A stretch of DNA of 63,788 bases, the filler included, from Stramenopiles sp. TOSAG23-2 (taxonomy: Eukaryota), in assembly GCA_900128395.1 (NCBI GenBank). It is 9 parts of 9 records of this genome, joined end to end, with 100 filler letters (N's around TTAATTAATTAA, not from the genome) between each part and the next. Parts side by side here need not be neighbours in the genome. Positions count along the whole stretch, not along the records: positions 26,250 to 52,354 come from LT649442.1; 8 more parts are not named here. One strand, written 5' to 3'. Of the stretch, positions 36,313 to 47,432 are shown one piece after another. Below the pieces are notes generated by a model. It was not told the origin of the DNA. It searched no databases and saw only the letters and a list, made by a program, of their open reading frames with translations. Positions within the stretch are counted from its first letter, which is position 1, and each line of letters starts with the position of its first letter. The translations under genes were made by a program, and so were the position numbers.

Positions 36313-38966
36313 CTAACGACCAACTAATCCACGACTCTTAGGAAATTGACTTTCCATATCACGTTCACGGTTTTCTCTTTCATATACATCATCACGATCT
36401 TTCTTGCCTTCATTATCATCGTCGCGGCTACGACCATCTCTACGTCTACGCCTATCAGCTGTGCGCGGTCTACGAGAACGTTTGCCGCTTTTTGGACGGC
36501 CACCACCTCTGTCTTTATTTCGACTCTCGTCATTATATTCTCTCCTTTCATTACCGCCATCATTACCACCGCCATCTTCCCCATTGTAATTCAAATATGG
36601 GTTAAAATTAGTAGCATTTGGTAAATTTTCTGGTGGCTGGAACGTAACCTCGTCTTCTTCACCAATCAATGCGGCATTTAATGCCGCTTGTACACGTTGC
36701 GACATTGCTGGTCCTTCATAATCATGTGTCGTTCGTTGAGGCATGTCCAAATCAAAATTTACAATATTGTCACCGCGATAACGTGGATTATTGTCGTATT
36801 GTTTACGGTGCCTTGCAAATTCACTTTCAGGCCTGCGTGAATTATTAGCAGATAATGGTCTGCGCCCACGCAATTTGTTGCCAGCTATTTCCAATCTAGC
36901 CACTTGCCATGATTCGTTCTCTTCATTCCATTTTGCACGTCTATGCAACTGTTCAACTTCATCAGGAGGGACAAAATTATCCAAAATCATATCTTTTAAC
37001 TTCAATTGTCGCTGCAAGTCACGAATCGTATCTAACATATCTTCCCTTTCCCTACCGAATTCTTCCCCCATGTCTTTGATTTCCTCTTTAGTTTGTTGGT
37101 ATTTTTGCCAAACTTTTTTCAATTTCTTAGTTTTAACATCAACTTCTTCCGACAAACTGGCAAATTGTTCCTCCACCATCATGGTAGCTTCTTCTCGCTC
37201 AGCTAATTCCCGTGCCAATTCTTGTTCTTGTCTTCTCCTTTCTTCCAACTCAATCTGTGCTTGCCTCAATTCATATTCTTGCTTTGCCGCTTTGTCCATC
37301 AAATCGCCTCCTATTAACAATTTGTTTTCCATTGCAGCTAATTTTTTCTTCAATAGTTGCCTTGCTTTTTCAGCTTTACCAGCTTCGGCCCTTTCACGTG
37401 CGACAGCCTCTTCCATCGCTTTCTTCTCTTTTTCCGCTTGCTCTTGTAAAAGTCTTAAACGTTGTTGTTCATTACGTGCTTTATTCTCGATTTCAGCACG
37501 TTGTTTCGCATTGCGTTCTTCCAACTCCTTCATCTTTGCTTCGCTAATACCTTCTTTGTAAACGACTTTTTCAACAATACGTTCTTGTACTTTGCCGCCG
37601 CCACCAAAGCCGCCGCCGCCGCCTCCGCCGCCGCCGCCACCACCATTTTGCAATTGTTTTTTCAAACGCATAATTTCTTCTTGAAACTCGCGTAACATAG
37701 CATCTTTTGGATCTTCATTAATACGTGGTTTATTTTTAATATTTTTAGCCCTATTTGCATAACGTAATGTACTCAACGTCTCGTCATAGTTGTATCCAGC
37801 TGGACCACAATTGGCACACATCACCGTTTTTGTGTTGCCACCTAATGAGTCTTGTAACAATCTCGTCAATTTACTATCACGATATGGAATATGTTGACTT
37901 TTTGCATCTACCAATGCAGAGATAACATTACCCAATGCACTTAATGATAAATTAATTTTCGTTGCTTCTTTTAATCGTTGCCCAGTTGCACCTGTTTTCG
38001 ATTGCCTTTCACTACCTGCTAAATCAACCATATTCAATTTACCAACGCGAATATGAGCTTCGCCATCGTCTTGGTCCATCTCACTTGTCTCGATTGTTAT
38101 TGTAAAAATACTATGTGATCGTGAACTTGTTTGGTTCATCAACGTCGAGCCAACACTTCTGTTTTTCTTACCACTTTGCATAACGTGGTCAATTTCACTT
38201 ACACTTTTCACAACAAATGATGTTAAATCTTTCACATAAACACCACTATCAACATTTTCTTTCAAATCCAATCTGTTTTTTGGATCTTTTGCAAGCAAAT
38301 CACGAATTTCTTCGTTGTAAATTTCCAAATAGGAGGCACGTACTAAAAATTGTTTCTCCTTCGTCTTATTCATGGATATATTTTGAAATATATGACGAAA
38401 GGTATTTGGAATAATTCCTCTTAACTCTGGTGGATCTGGGACACCTTCCATGGTAAATGTTTTACCAGCTCCTGTTTGGCCATATGCAAAAATAGTACCA
38501 TTGTATCCTTCCATAGCTGCCTCGACAATCGGTGCAGCTGTCTCGTCATATAGATTTTTTTGAACGGTATTTGCACCATATACATTATCAAAAGTAAAAC
38601 TTTTTGGGTCTGTTCTACGGTCTGCGTTTGGATCTTTTAAAAAAATTTGACATGTTTTTCGATCAATTTCAACTACTTTTTCCCTACCATCTTGCTTCTC
38701 CTTTGAAGACATCGGTCTACATCGTACGACCACACGCACCGTCTCCGATTTCTTATTTGCAAGTTTACGCGCTGTGTGTGTGTGTGTGTGTATATATATG
38801 TTGTTAATATGGTATATGGTATATTCAAATATTTGTTAGTTAACGTTATTTTTTTTAATGTTTTGGGTCCTCATTTTTCTATATATAGATAATTTCTTGA
38901 ATTACTAGCTTTAGTACATATATATATATACGAGTAGATAAACTTACCTAAATGTTCTGCTGACAT
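36313..38966 (-). CDS. KIF3B: Kinesin-2 motor subunit, KIF3B/KRP95/FLA8 type (2 exons, intron 38772-38947)
   Basis: Exon 1 ATG at 38966 (MSAEHL) splices GTAAGT...CAG in frame to ARKLANKKSETVRVVVRCRP. P-loop GQTGAGKT, SSRSH, DLAGSE, and tail RPLSA...RYRGDNIV..DMPQRTTHDYEGP. Confidence 0.93.
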
Positions 38967-39932
38967 GTTTGCTTTGTTAAATTTATATATTTCCTTTTCT
39001 ACTAACTCTTTTTTTTTTCCCCACAATCACGTTGTTGTTACTTTCTTCTATCTAATTATTTTATTTCAATTATTATTTGACATATTTAAAAATCAAAATC
39101 ATCTCTGTGCAGGTGAAGCTCCTATCTGGAGGTGTATAAATCTGGAGATGGAAATTCCAACACACCAAATATCAAAAAACAAATTGAGATGGCATCAATG
39201 CAATTATATTCCCATACATAATATTGCCATTATTCCCATTTTGTTACATCTTGGTTTTTAAATATCCGACACAGTGAAATATGATTCCCAAATAACTATA
39301 TTCACTATTCACTATTGGATGAAGATGATAATACGATGAAGGCTGAAGTTGCATAAAATTTCAAATATATAAAATATTTCACGGCTTTTGTGTATTTTAC
39401 CAATCAATGACGTATAATTTATACTTGAATGGGAGATTAGAATACCGAAAATGCATGAGGTATCATCAGTCACACACAGCACACAGCAGCTGTGGAATTT
39501 TTGCAAATTAAAGTAACAGCTTTTATTTCATTTATTATCAACAATTTCAATAGTAATACGTTGTTATAACTTTTATTAAACTTGTATATATACTACTACA
39601 TTTATTATAATTTTTTATTATTAATAATATAAAAAAATATATGTATTGCTGGTATATATACATATATCAATTCCATCCGTATACATGACATTGTACAACC
39701 TATTACATCGCTGTAATACGATTTGATTATACATATACACATACACACACACAGATATATATCCACATTCCTGATTTGTATAATTTCATTTTATAGTATT
39801 ATTATACTTTGTCTATTATAAAATATATTACTATTTGCTAATAATTTTTGTTACTTGTATTTAGTATTATATAATTTATTGTATATATATAATAAAGTTG
39901 TATAATATAGCAAATATTCACTGTCCACCACC

Positions 39933-41714
39933 ATGTTAAAAACCACCATTGAAGATGCAGGTTCTGAAAATGATACACAATCACAAAAAGAAGCCTTTCA
40001 ACAAATACGAAGAGAAATAGCTACATCGTCTGATATAACAGAACAACAACAATTGCAAATTATACACGATGAGGAAGCAGAACGACAAAAAGAGGAAGAA
40101 CGAATAACTAATCAAGAAGAGCAAATGGAACGCGAAAAGGAAATGGTAACAGAGTTAGCTCAATCAGGGGTGACATTTGCATACGAGACAGCCCTACTAG
40201 CCGCAGCGAAAAAAAAAGATTTAAGAGCTACAGAATTATTAGAGTTTGTAGCAAAAAAAATAGAAAATTTTGGAAGACAATGGAATTCTGGTTATATAAA
40301 TAAAGATCGATATTTATCACCAACGCGAATGCCACAACCACAACAACAAGATGATTCGCAAAGTGAAGCTCAAGAAACTAATTATGATGAATACGATATC
40401 AAAATTAATCAAGATGAATGGGAAGGTGATATTGCAGAAGCATGGCCCAGTCCAACAAGTCAATCGTATGATGCAGGCAGTGCATATGGAGAAGAGGAAG
40501 AAGTACCACCAACTCCAAGTGGTATTACCACGTTACAAGCAATTCACCGTGGTAATCTAGATAGAGAACGTGTTCGAAAAATGCAAGAAGATGCTGCAAA
40601 TAGTCTAGATAGAGAACGTCTTCGAAAACTGCAAGAAGATGCAGAAAAAAATGGAAAACAAAACGAGGAAGAACGTGAAGCTGCAAGAAAAGAACGGGAG
40701 GCATTGGATGCAGAAAAAGCAAGATTAGCAGAGGAAGCAGCAAGATTAGAAGCTGAAAAAGCACGATTGGCTGCAATGGCTGCAGAGTTAGAAGCTGAAA
40801 AAATGAAAATAGAAGAAGAAAAACGACGACATCGTGCTGCAACGAAAATACAAGCAGCTCATCGAGGTGTATTAGGTAGAAAGCGAATTAAAAATATGCA
40901 TCACGGTGCAACAAAAAAGCAAGCATTGTATCGTGGACATGTAGCAAGAAAACGAGTGAAAAAAATGAAAGAAGAAATAGAAGCAGCAAAGCCACCTCCA
41001 GTTGCATTAGTGAAAAAGGAAAAACGAAAGAAGAAAAAAGTATATAAATCAAAAAATAAATTACCATTATCAAAGGTAAAAGACTATATTGCAGGAATGT
41101 ATGAGAAAAAAGTAAAAGCTGATATGGTAGATGATAAAAAAGGTAACGAACGTGATACATTGGAAGAATTTTGTGATGATTTTTTTTCTCAAATGTTTGG
41201 TATGCCAGCATTAGCTGGTAAAAAACGATATGAATTAGAACAAGGTGTAAAACGTTTTCAAAAAGATGATGAGTTTGTTAGATGGTACGGTTCATTGATT
41301 GGTTGGTTAGACGACGATGTTCACGAAGGTATCGTAACACCGTTTAAAGAAGAAGCAATTGATGCATACTTATATGTATTATCGAAAGTGGTTATTCCAG
41401 ATGCTATTGAGGAAACATTAGATGATGATCCATGCTTAATTAAATTTGTAGATGTAAAAAGTGCAATAGAAAAGTTATTTAAGAAACAACTTCATGATGA
41501 AAAAATTAAAACTTTAGAAGCAAAGATAGAAGAAACTGTGGAAGAGGAAGAAGTTGAATTTGAAGAAACCTTTGATTTAATTATGAGGACATGGTATGAA
41601 TACGAAGAACCTATAATTTGCCCTAAACTACCCAAAGACGAGGAACCAAAAGCGAAGGAGAAGGAGAAAAAAGGTGGTGGACGAAGAAGAGGAAAAGGTG
41701 GTAGAAGGAGGTAA
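39933..41714 (+). CDS. IQ-motif coiled-coil protein with a C-terminal helical domain (TSNAXIP1-like, tentative)
   Basis: IQ motifs LQAIHRGNLDR, IQAAHRGVLGRK, KQALYRGHVARK. AE..RL repeats. C-domain YEKKVKAD..DD.....RDTLEEF...FFSQMFG..ALA. Confidence 0.7.
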   Translation: MLKTTIEDAGSENDTQSQKEAFQQIRREIATSSDITEQQQLQIIHDEEAERQKEEERITNQEEQMEREKEMVTELAQSGVTFAYETALLAAAKKKDLRATELLEFVAKKIENFGRQWNSGYINKDRYLSPTRMPQPQQQDDSQSEAQETNYDEYDIKINQDEWEGDIAEAWPSPTSQSYDAGSAYGEEEEVPPTPSGITTLQAIHRGNLDRERVRKMQEDAANSLDRERLRKLQEDAEKNGKQNEEEREAARKEREALDAEKARLAEEAARLEAEKARLAAMAAELEAEKMKIEEEKRRHRAATKIQAAHRGVLGRKRIKNMHHGATKKQALYRGHVARKRVKKMKEEIEAAKPPPVALVKKEKRKKKKVYKSKNKLPLSKVKDYIAGMYEKKVKADMVDDKKGNERDTLEEFCDDFFSQMFGMPALAGKKRYELEQGVKRFQKDDEFVRWYGSLIGWLDDDVHEGIVTPFKEEAIDAYLYVLSKVVIPDAIEETLDDDPCLIKFVDVKSAIEKLFKKQLHDEKIKTLEAKIEETVEEEEVEFEETFDLIMRTWYEYEEPIICPKLPKDEEPKAKEKEKKGGGRRRGKGGRRR

Positions 41715-41860
41715 AAACTTTTTTGTAATATAATTTTATATTCGTACGTTATATTTTTATTTATTTACAGCGTAATTCTCAAAGATAGTTTTCACACGCC
41801 ATATTTAATATTTGTTATTTCCCTCTCACACCATTTCATAAATCTAACACCACATACCCT

Positions 41861-42805
41861 TTATCCAAGCAATACCTTTATATCTTCACGTAATAATACA
41901 TATAAAACTATACCAAATGCAGAAGTTAACACACCAGCCGCCTGTTTCATTTTCTCAAAAGTTACTTTCGTTCGGAATACCCGGCTTGCATTTAAATTAT
42001 GTTTATTTAACCACGATTCAAAATTTTCTTTTGGGAATTTCAAGTTTAAAATAACTTTAGCATCATTCAACAATAATATTTGTTGTTGCTCCCATACTAA
42101 ATTGGGTTTCGAAATTGCATATAACATATTGGCAATCATTACAAACATCCAAGTGGAAAAGAAAAAAAATAAAATCATTGGTCCAACATGGCTACTATAT
42201 CCAAGAAGAATTAAATTAAGAACCAACAGGCCACTCAAATAGGAAAGCATCAAAGTATTAAAAGTGCTCATACCTTTGTTTATTTGCACGATCCATTTTT
42301 CTACCTTTTCTTGTTCCAAACTAAGTTTATCAACCAATGGAATCCCATCTTCTGCATTGTCCCTTAGAATAAGACGCCGCACTGTCTCCAAATATTTTGT
42401 AATTTTATCAATATGAACTAAACTCACTTGATCTGGAAGTGATTGAATTGAGCATAATAAAGAGTAAGGAATCACAGCTAAGGTTGCCAGACCTCCAATA
42501 AACTAATGTTATCATAAATGTTGATGGGCCTAATAAATTTGTTTCTGCGAGAGGCAAAATAAAAAAATACCACATTATAGGAGAATGCATTATGCTTACC
42601 TTGCCTGATTTTACAAAGAAAGGTGTTTTTTTAGAAGTACTGCTACGAGATGCAAAAACAACAAAAAAAATCAATGCAAATATGTTCAACTCCATGATAT
42701 CAACGCTGATTAGTTTCCCGTTTGCAATTCATTTTCATTTTGATTATTAATATTTATTTCACCATTTTCTTCCAAAGGCACTGTGTATGAAGAATTTGCC
42801 ATCAT
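41861..42805 (-). pseudogene. Disrupted multi-pass membrane protein gene (GRL/DUF3537-like 7TM candidate)
   Basis: ATG at 42805 (MMANSSYTVPLEENG...) meets a stop near 42710. A frameshift near 42500 links ...TFMITLV to IGGLATLAVIPY. Several TM helices follow, ending RVFRTKVTF...LTSAFGIVLYVLL. Confidence 0.55.
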
Positions 42806-43296
42806 GTAAAAAAAATTTTTTATCTATACAATGTAATATAATATAATACAACGTAAAAGTTAATAATTTATTATCAACCTACAAATTGTTTCCAAATTAA
42901 TAATTCACAATTTATCACGATATGTTTAGAGAAATAGTATTATATCACTGGTGGAAACACACATTATACATTATAATTCTCCATTATTCTCTCCATAGAT
43001 GCTCTCCATGAACTTTAATGTTTTTATAATTACATAATTTCTACGTCGGTATTTATAACGGTTGATGTTATACTACTAAGTACACCGGCCTATCGGAACA
43101 ATCCCGTCGGAAACCGGAAACATCTCCGGTACACATCATATTCTTATTGACATAATATATAAATATATATATACATAATTTATATACGCATGAGATGCAT
43201 GATGGATGAAATGGAATAGAAATTAACCATGCCCTAATATATGTACGGTATGTGTTAGATAATAGATCATTCTTATCGTTCGTTAATGAAAGCTCA

Positions 43297-44553
43297 ATGT
43301 CGTTGCCACCATTATCGCCCGTACGTGTTGCTGGTGTTGCAAAAAACAATCATCATCATATTATTGTTTCTTCAACAACAAATAAGAATATAATTAAAAA
43401 ATTAGAAAGTAAATATATAACAGAATATCCAAAGGGTACGCCATTCATTGTTGCATGTGAAAAAGGGAATATAGATGATGTAAAAGCATTTGTTCATAAT
43501 AATTCTAGAAACAATGTTAAATATATAAATCAAAAAGGCAGAAATGCAAATGGTGTTCCAAATTGGTCAGGACTAAATATATCATGTATATATGAACGCT
43601 ATGAAATTGTGAAGTATTTATTACAGCAACCATTGATAGACATATCGATTGTATCGAGATATGGGAATAACGCATTTCATTTTGTATCATTATGGAATAA
43701 AGATGTAGAAATATTAAAATTATTATTATCACATACAACATGTTCATCTAAAATGATTAATTGTCAAAATGATTTTAAAAAAACGCCATTGGATTGTTCA
43801 TATGATAATCCAAATTTTGTGAAAAAAGAAATACAAATTTTATTAATTAACAATTTCGCTTTAAATGGATTTCAAATGGATCAGGAACGTCAATGGGAGG
43901 AAGAGGAAGAACGAAAACGTATGCAATATTTCAAAAAACAAAATGTTCAAGATGCTAAACAAACAATACATAAACTAAAGCAAAAATATTTGAAACGATA
44001 TCCATTAGGCACGCCATTTATTGTTGCGTGTGAAAAAGGCAATGTAAAAGATGTGAAATCATTTGTTAAATGTTATAATATTATCGATTATAAATTAAAT
44101 GCAAATAATAATCGTACCAAATTATTAAAAAATAATATAAAAATGAATCAGATTGGGAAGACATCGTATGCAGGCTATCAAGGTAAATCTGGTTTAATAG
44201 CAGCATGTGGTAGTGAACATAAACATGTTGTAAGTTTTTTATTAAAGCAGCCAAGCATTGATATATCACAAACGGATAAACATGGATGGAATGCATTACA
44301 TTGGGCAACACAATTTAGTAAAAAAAGCCCTGACATTGTAATTGCATTATTAAATCATTCAACAACAAATATTAATGTCATTAATCAACAAGAAAAAACA
44401 TATGGTTTCACTCCACTTGATAAAGCATATCGTCGTCTATCAAAGTTACAACAAACTAGGAACCGTACTAAACAAGATAACGAAGAACATGTAATATATC
44501 ATATTATCAATGCAATATTATTAAAAGGTGGAGTGTCGATCATACATCATTAA
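43297..44553 (+). CDS. Ankyrin-repeat protein with two duplicated modules
   Basis: Twice KY...YP.GTPFIVACEKGN..DVK.FV, followed by V.(Y/F)LL.QP.IDIS, G.NA.H and TPLD.(S/A)Y. Confidence 0.85.
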   Translation: MSLPPLSPVRVAGVAKNNHHHIIVSSTTNKNIIKKLESKYITEYPKGTPFIVACEKGNIDDVKAFVHNNSRNNVKYINQKGRNANGVPNWSGLNISCIYERYEIVKYLLQQPLIDISIVSRYGNNAFHFVSLWNKDVEILKLLLSHTTCSSKMINCQNDFKKTPLDCSYDNPNFVKKEIQILLINNFALNGFQMDQERQWEEEEERKRMQYFKKQNVQDAKQTIHKLKQKYLKRYPLGTPFIVACEKGNVKDVKSFVKCYNIIDYKLNANNNRTKLLKNNIKMNQIGKTSYAGYQGKSGLIAACGSEHKHVVSFLLKQPSIDISQTDKHGWNALHWATQFSKKSPDIVIALLNHSTTNINVINQQEKTYGFTPLDKAYRRLSKLQQTRNRTKQDNEEHVIYHIINAILLKGGVSIIHH

Positions 44554-44783
44554 AAATGACCTTTTTCTCGGTACATATGATATATGATACGTGAAATATT
44601 TATTTTTGTTTTATAAAATGATGTACATATATTTTCATTAAAAATCATATAAACTTTGCTCATTTCAACATTTTTTTTATCAGCAGTTTCGGAGGAAAAT
44701 TTATTACGTTCGTATTATTATTTATTATTGCTATACATGGACCATGCGGATCATAAAAATATTAATATATATAGATATTAATA

Positions 44784-45020
44784 TCAAACTTTGCTCATTT
44801 CAACAATTTTTTTATCAGCAGTTTCGGCGGAAAATTTATTATTATTATTATTGCTATACATGGACCATGCGGAGGCAACATTTGCAATGCACCATGCCAC
44901 CGCGGCAAAAAGCTGGAAGAAGTCCGCAGCACCCGACGGTCCAGCCAGGATCGCACCAATTGCCCAGAAAAAACTTGCAACAAATTGCATACCAAGAGAG
45001 ATCTGCTCACCTCGATCCAT
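44784..45020 (-). CDS. Small 78-aa two-helix membrane protein
   Basis: ATG at 45020. GC-elevated ORF in AT-rich flanks with two hydrophobic segments and an Asn run. Confidence 0.55.
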   Translation of the reverse strand: MDRGEQISLGMQFVASFFWAIGAILAGPSGAADFFQLFAAVAWCIANVASAWSMYSNNNNNKFSAETADKKIVEMSKV

Positions 45021-45709
45021 TCTTTAATCATGAAATTAAATAATATTGTATAATTTTAAAATGCTAATATTAATTATTTTCTATTGTACAAACATAAAAT
45101 ACAATATCTATATTATATATACAAATATGGATAGCAAAAACTAAAAATATATATATTCTTAATTTTTAAACCAATAATATGCATGAAGTTTTCAAAACAC
45201 GAAACACAAGAGACATAAAAATAAAAAATACATTACTCTAACTCACCCATTCTGTTATTAATAAAAGTCTATTGAATATTGAATATATTTATCCCTGCTG
45301 TATTAGTATGTGGTATGTTGGTGAACCGAAAATATTAGGATAGGAATAGCATTATATTAGAGTTGGAGAGTAGTTCAAGCGGAACGTAATTTTATCAAAA
45401 AATGCCGATTATGGATATTATTAACATACAAATATCCGATTTTATTTTGTAAAATGGTAAAAAAATTCTCATTCGTTATTTATATTGCTTTTTAAAAAAT
45501 GAAATCACAAAATCCTTTTTTAAAATTCATTTTTTGATAAAATTAATTACGTTTTTTCGGTCCCACCATAATAAGGCAGATTATATATCTCCATCACATT
45601 CAATATAGCCCAATTTAAATATACTGTAAGGAAAATACCTTGACAGATATTCAGTGTAAACCGTAGGAAATTATAGTAGCACCAGGCAACAAATAATACC
45701 GATAACAAC

Positions 45710-46618
45710 ATGGCATCTGCAGTAACATTTTACAATGATGCGTTAACACATAATGGGAAGTCCAAGTGACCTTGGGCGCACAGGGCATGGTTAACTTTAC
45801 TTGAAAAAAAGGTTAACTTTACTACAATTCCTGTGCCTTTAAACAATAAGCCGCAGTGGTATAAAGATCTATATGCGTCTGTACATCCTGATCCGCTGGC
45901 AAGGGCAAAAGTTCCAATTATTGAGATTGGCAAGCCAAATGATGCTGAATATCAAATCTTAGTTGAATCTGATGTGGTTGCACGATTTGTGGCTGAAAAC
46001 TGGAAATCACAAGGTGAACAGTTAGTTCCTGATAATAAGTTTGCCGAAGCTAAAATGAATTTATTTATTGGACAATTTATGGAAAAGTTAGGTACAACAA
46101 TATTTTCTTTTCCTGCTACCAAAAAACCAAACGCAGCGAATAAAGCTTTTTTAAAAATTTTGTACGGATTGCAAACAGTCGAAGCTTCATTAAAAATGCA
46201 TGGGGAAACAGAAAGTGGACCGTATTTCTTTGGAAAACAATATTCACTTGCTGAAACGTTAACTGCTCCATTTATTTTGCGTATGAACATTTTATTCAAG
46301 CATCATCGCGGAGTTGATCTGTTGGATTGTTGCGAACAAATTGGCGCATTGAAAACAAAACGATGGATGGAAGCCATTCAACAAAGACAAAGTTCCAAAG
46401 ACTCATTGCCTGCCGAGAATAGTCTTCTTGCTATTCCACCATACCAACAGCCATTTTTTGAATATTCAGTTCCACATGATGTTCAAGCAAATGCAATTGC
46501 AAAAGTCACGAAAGACATTGTATCGGCAAAATTAGAAGAAGAAGCTGCGTTTGCAAAAACGTTAAAAGATGGGTCTAAACTTGCTGGATATAAAGATGGA
46601 ACTTTAAGCAAACTTTAG
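45710..46618 (+). CDS. Cys-type glutathione S-transferase (omega/lambda/DHAR-like), probable selenoprotein with in-frame TGA at codon 20
   Basis: ATG at 45710 reads MASAVTFYNDALTHNGKSK-TGA(45767)-PWAHRAWLTLLEKK...NKPQWY...KVPIIE...VESDVVARF...GPYFFGKQYSLAE...PF. The TGA sits at the Cys of the CP(F/W)A(Q/H)R motif. Confidence 0.85.
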
Positions 46619-46663
46619 CTACTATGTATATTAATCAAGTCGTACGACATGTTGTATTCATGG

Positions 46664-46696
<33 letters not shown>

Positions 46697-47432
46697 TCAT
46701 GGCATACACATGTGTGTGTGTATATATATATGGATTGGAAATGTAATTTCAACAGTACTGATAGACAAATACACTATAATATGTATAATACAATGATTTT
46801 GAATGATGTTTTTGAAGTTGTAAAAAGAAATTAACATACACATATGTAAATTTTTAATTTTAAGAATTGATGAGAAAATGAAAAATACACATATTATTGA
46901 AATTATATACGAAGTAATGGTGCTAATGAATATCATATAAACATATAAATATGTATTATATATTATAAGTATAGACCTATGACCCCCGGTTACTCTGATC
47001 AAATTGGGCATTGGGCACCCTTCCATTATGATTATAGGTTATTTTTTTCATGACTTTCAACATTTTTCGTATACTACTTAGCATAGCTTCCTAGTTAATT
47101 GCTCCTTTTTTGAGAAAAAATTATTTTGCACCTTTTTATGGATATTTTTATGTTGATAAATACATGTATGTATGTAAATTGATATTTCAGGAATAGAGGA
47201 GAAGAAGCCGAAAGATTTAGATTCACATGGTCAGAGAGGACATGGTTTGTAAAAAAGTGGGGGGGCATTTCATTCATCATCAGTATTTTTTATTAGCATA
47301 TCGAAAATATAGCAATACACACACACATAGACAAATGTATATGTATACATACAGATACAGAATTTATCTACCATTAACATTCTGATCAAATATTTTAAAA
47401 CAACAAAACAACAGAAAAGGAAAACGTGTTCC

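Noticed and set aside
45767..45769. Genome-wide UGA reassignment to Trp or Cys
   Set aside because: Other genes terminate at TGA and I saw no other conserved gene with an internal TGA. The case is site-specific.
46780..47040. ATGA...AA...GA candidates for a SECIS (near 46793, 46803, 46916, 46979)
   Set aside because: I could not form a proper helix II with correct spacing for any of them by eye, so none is reported as a feature.
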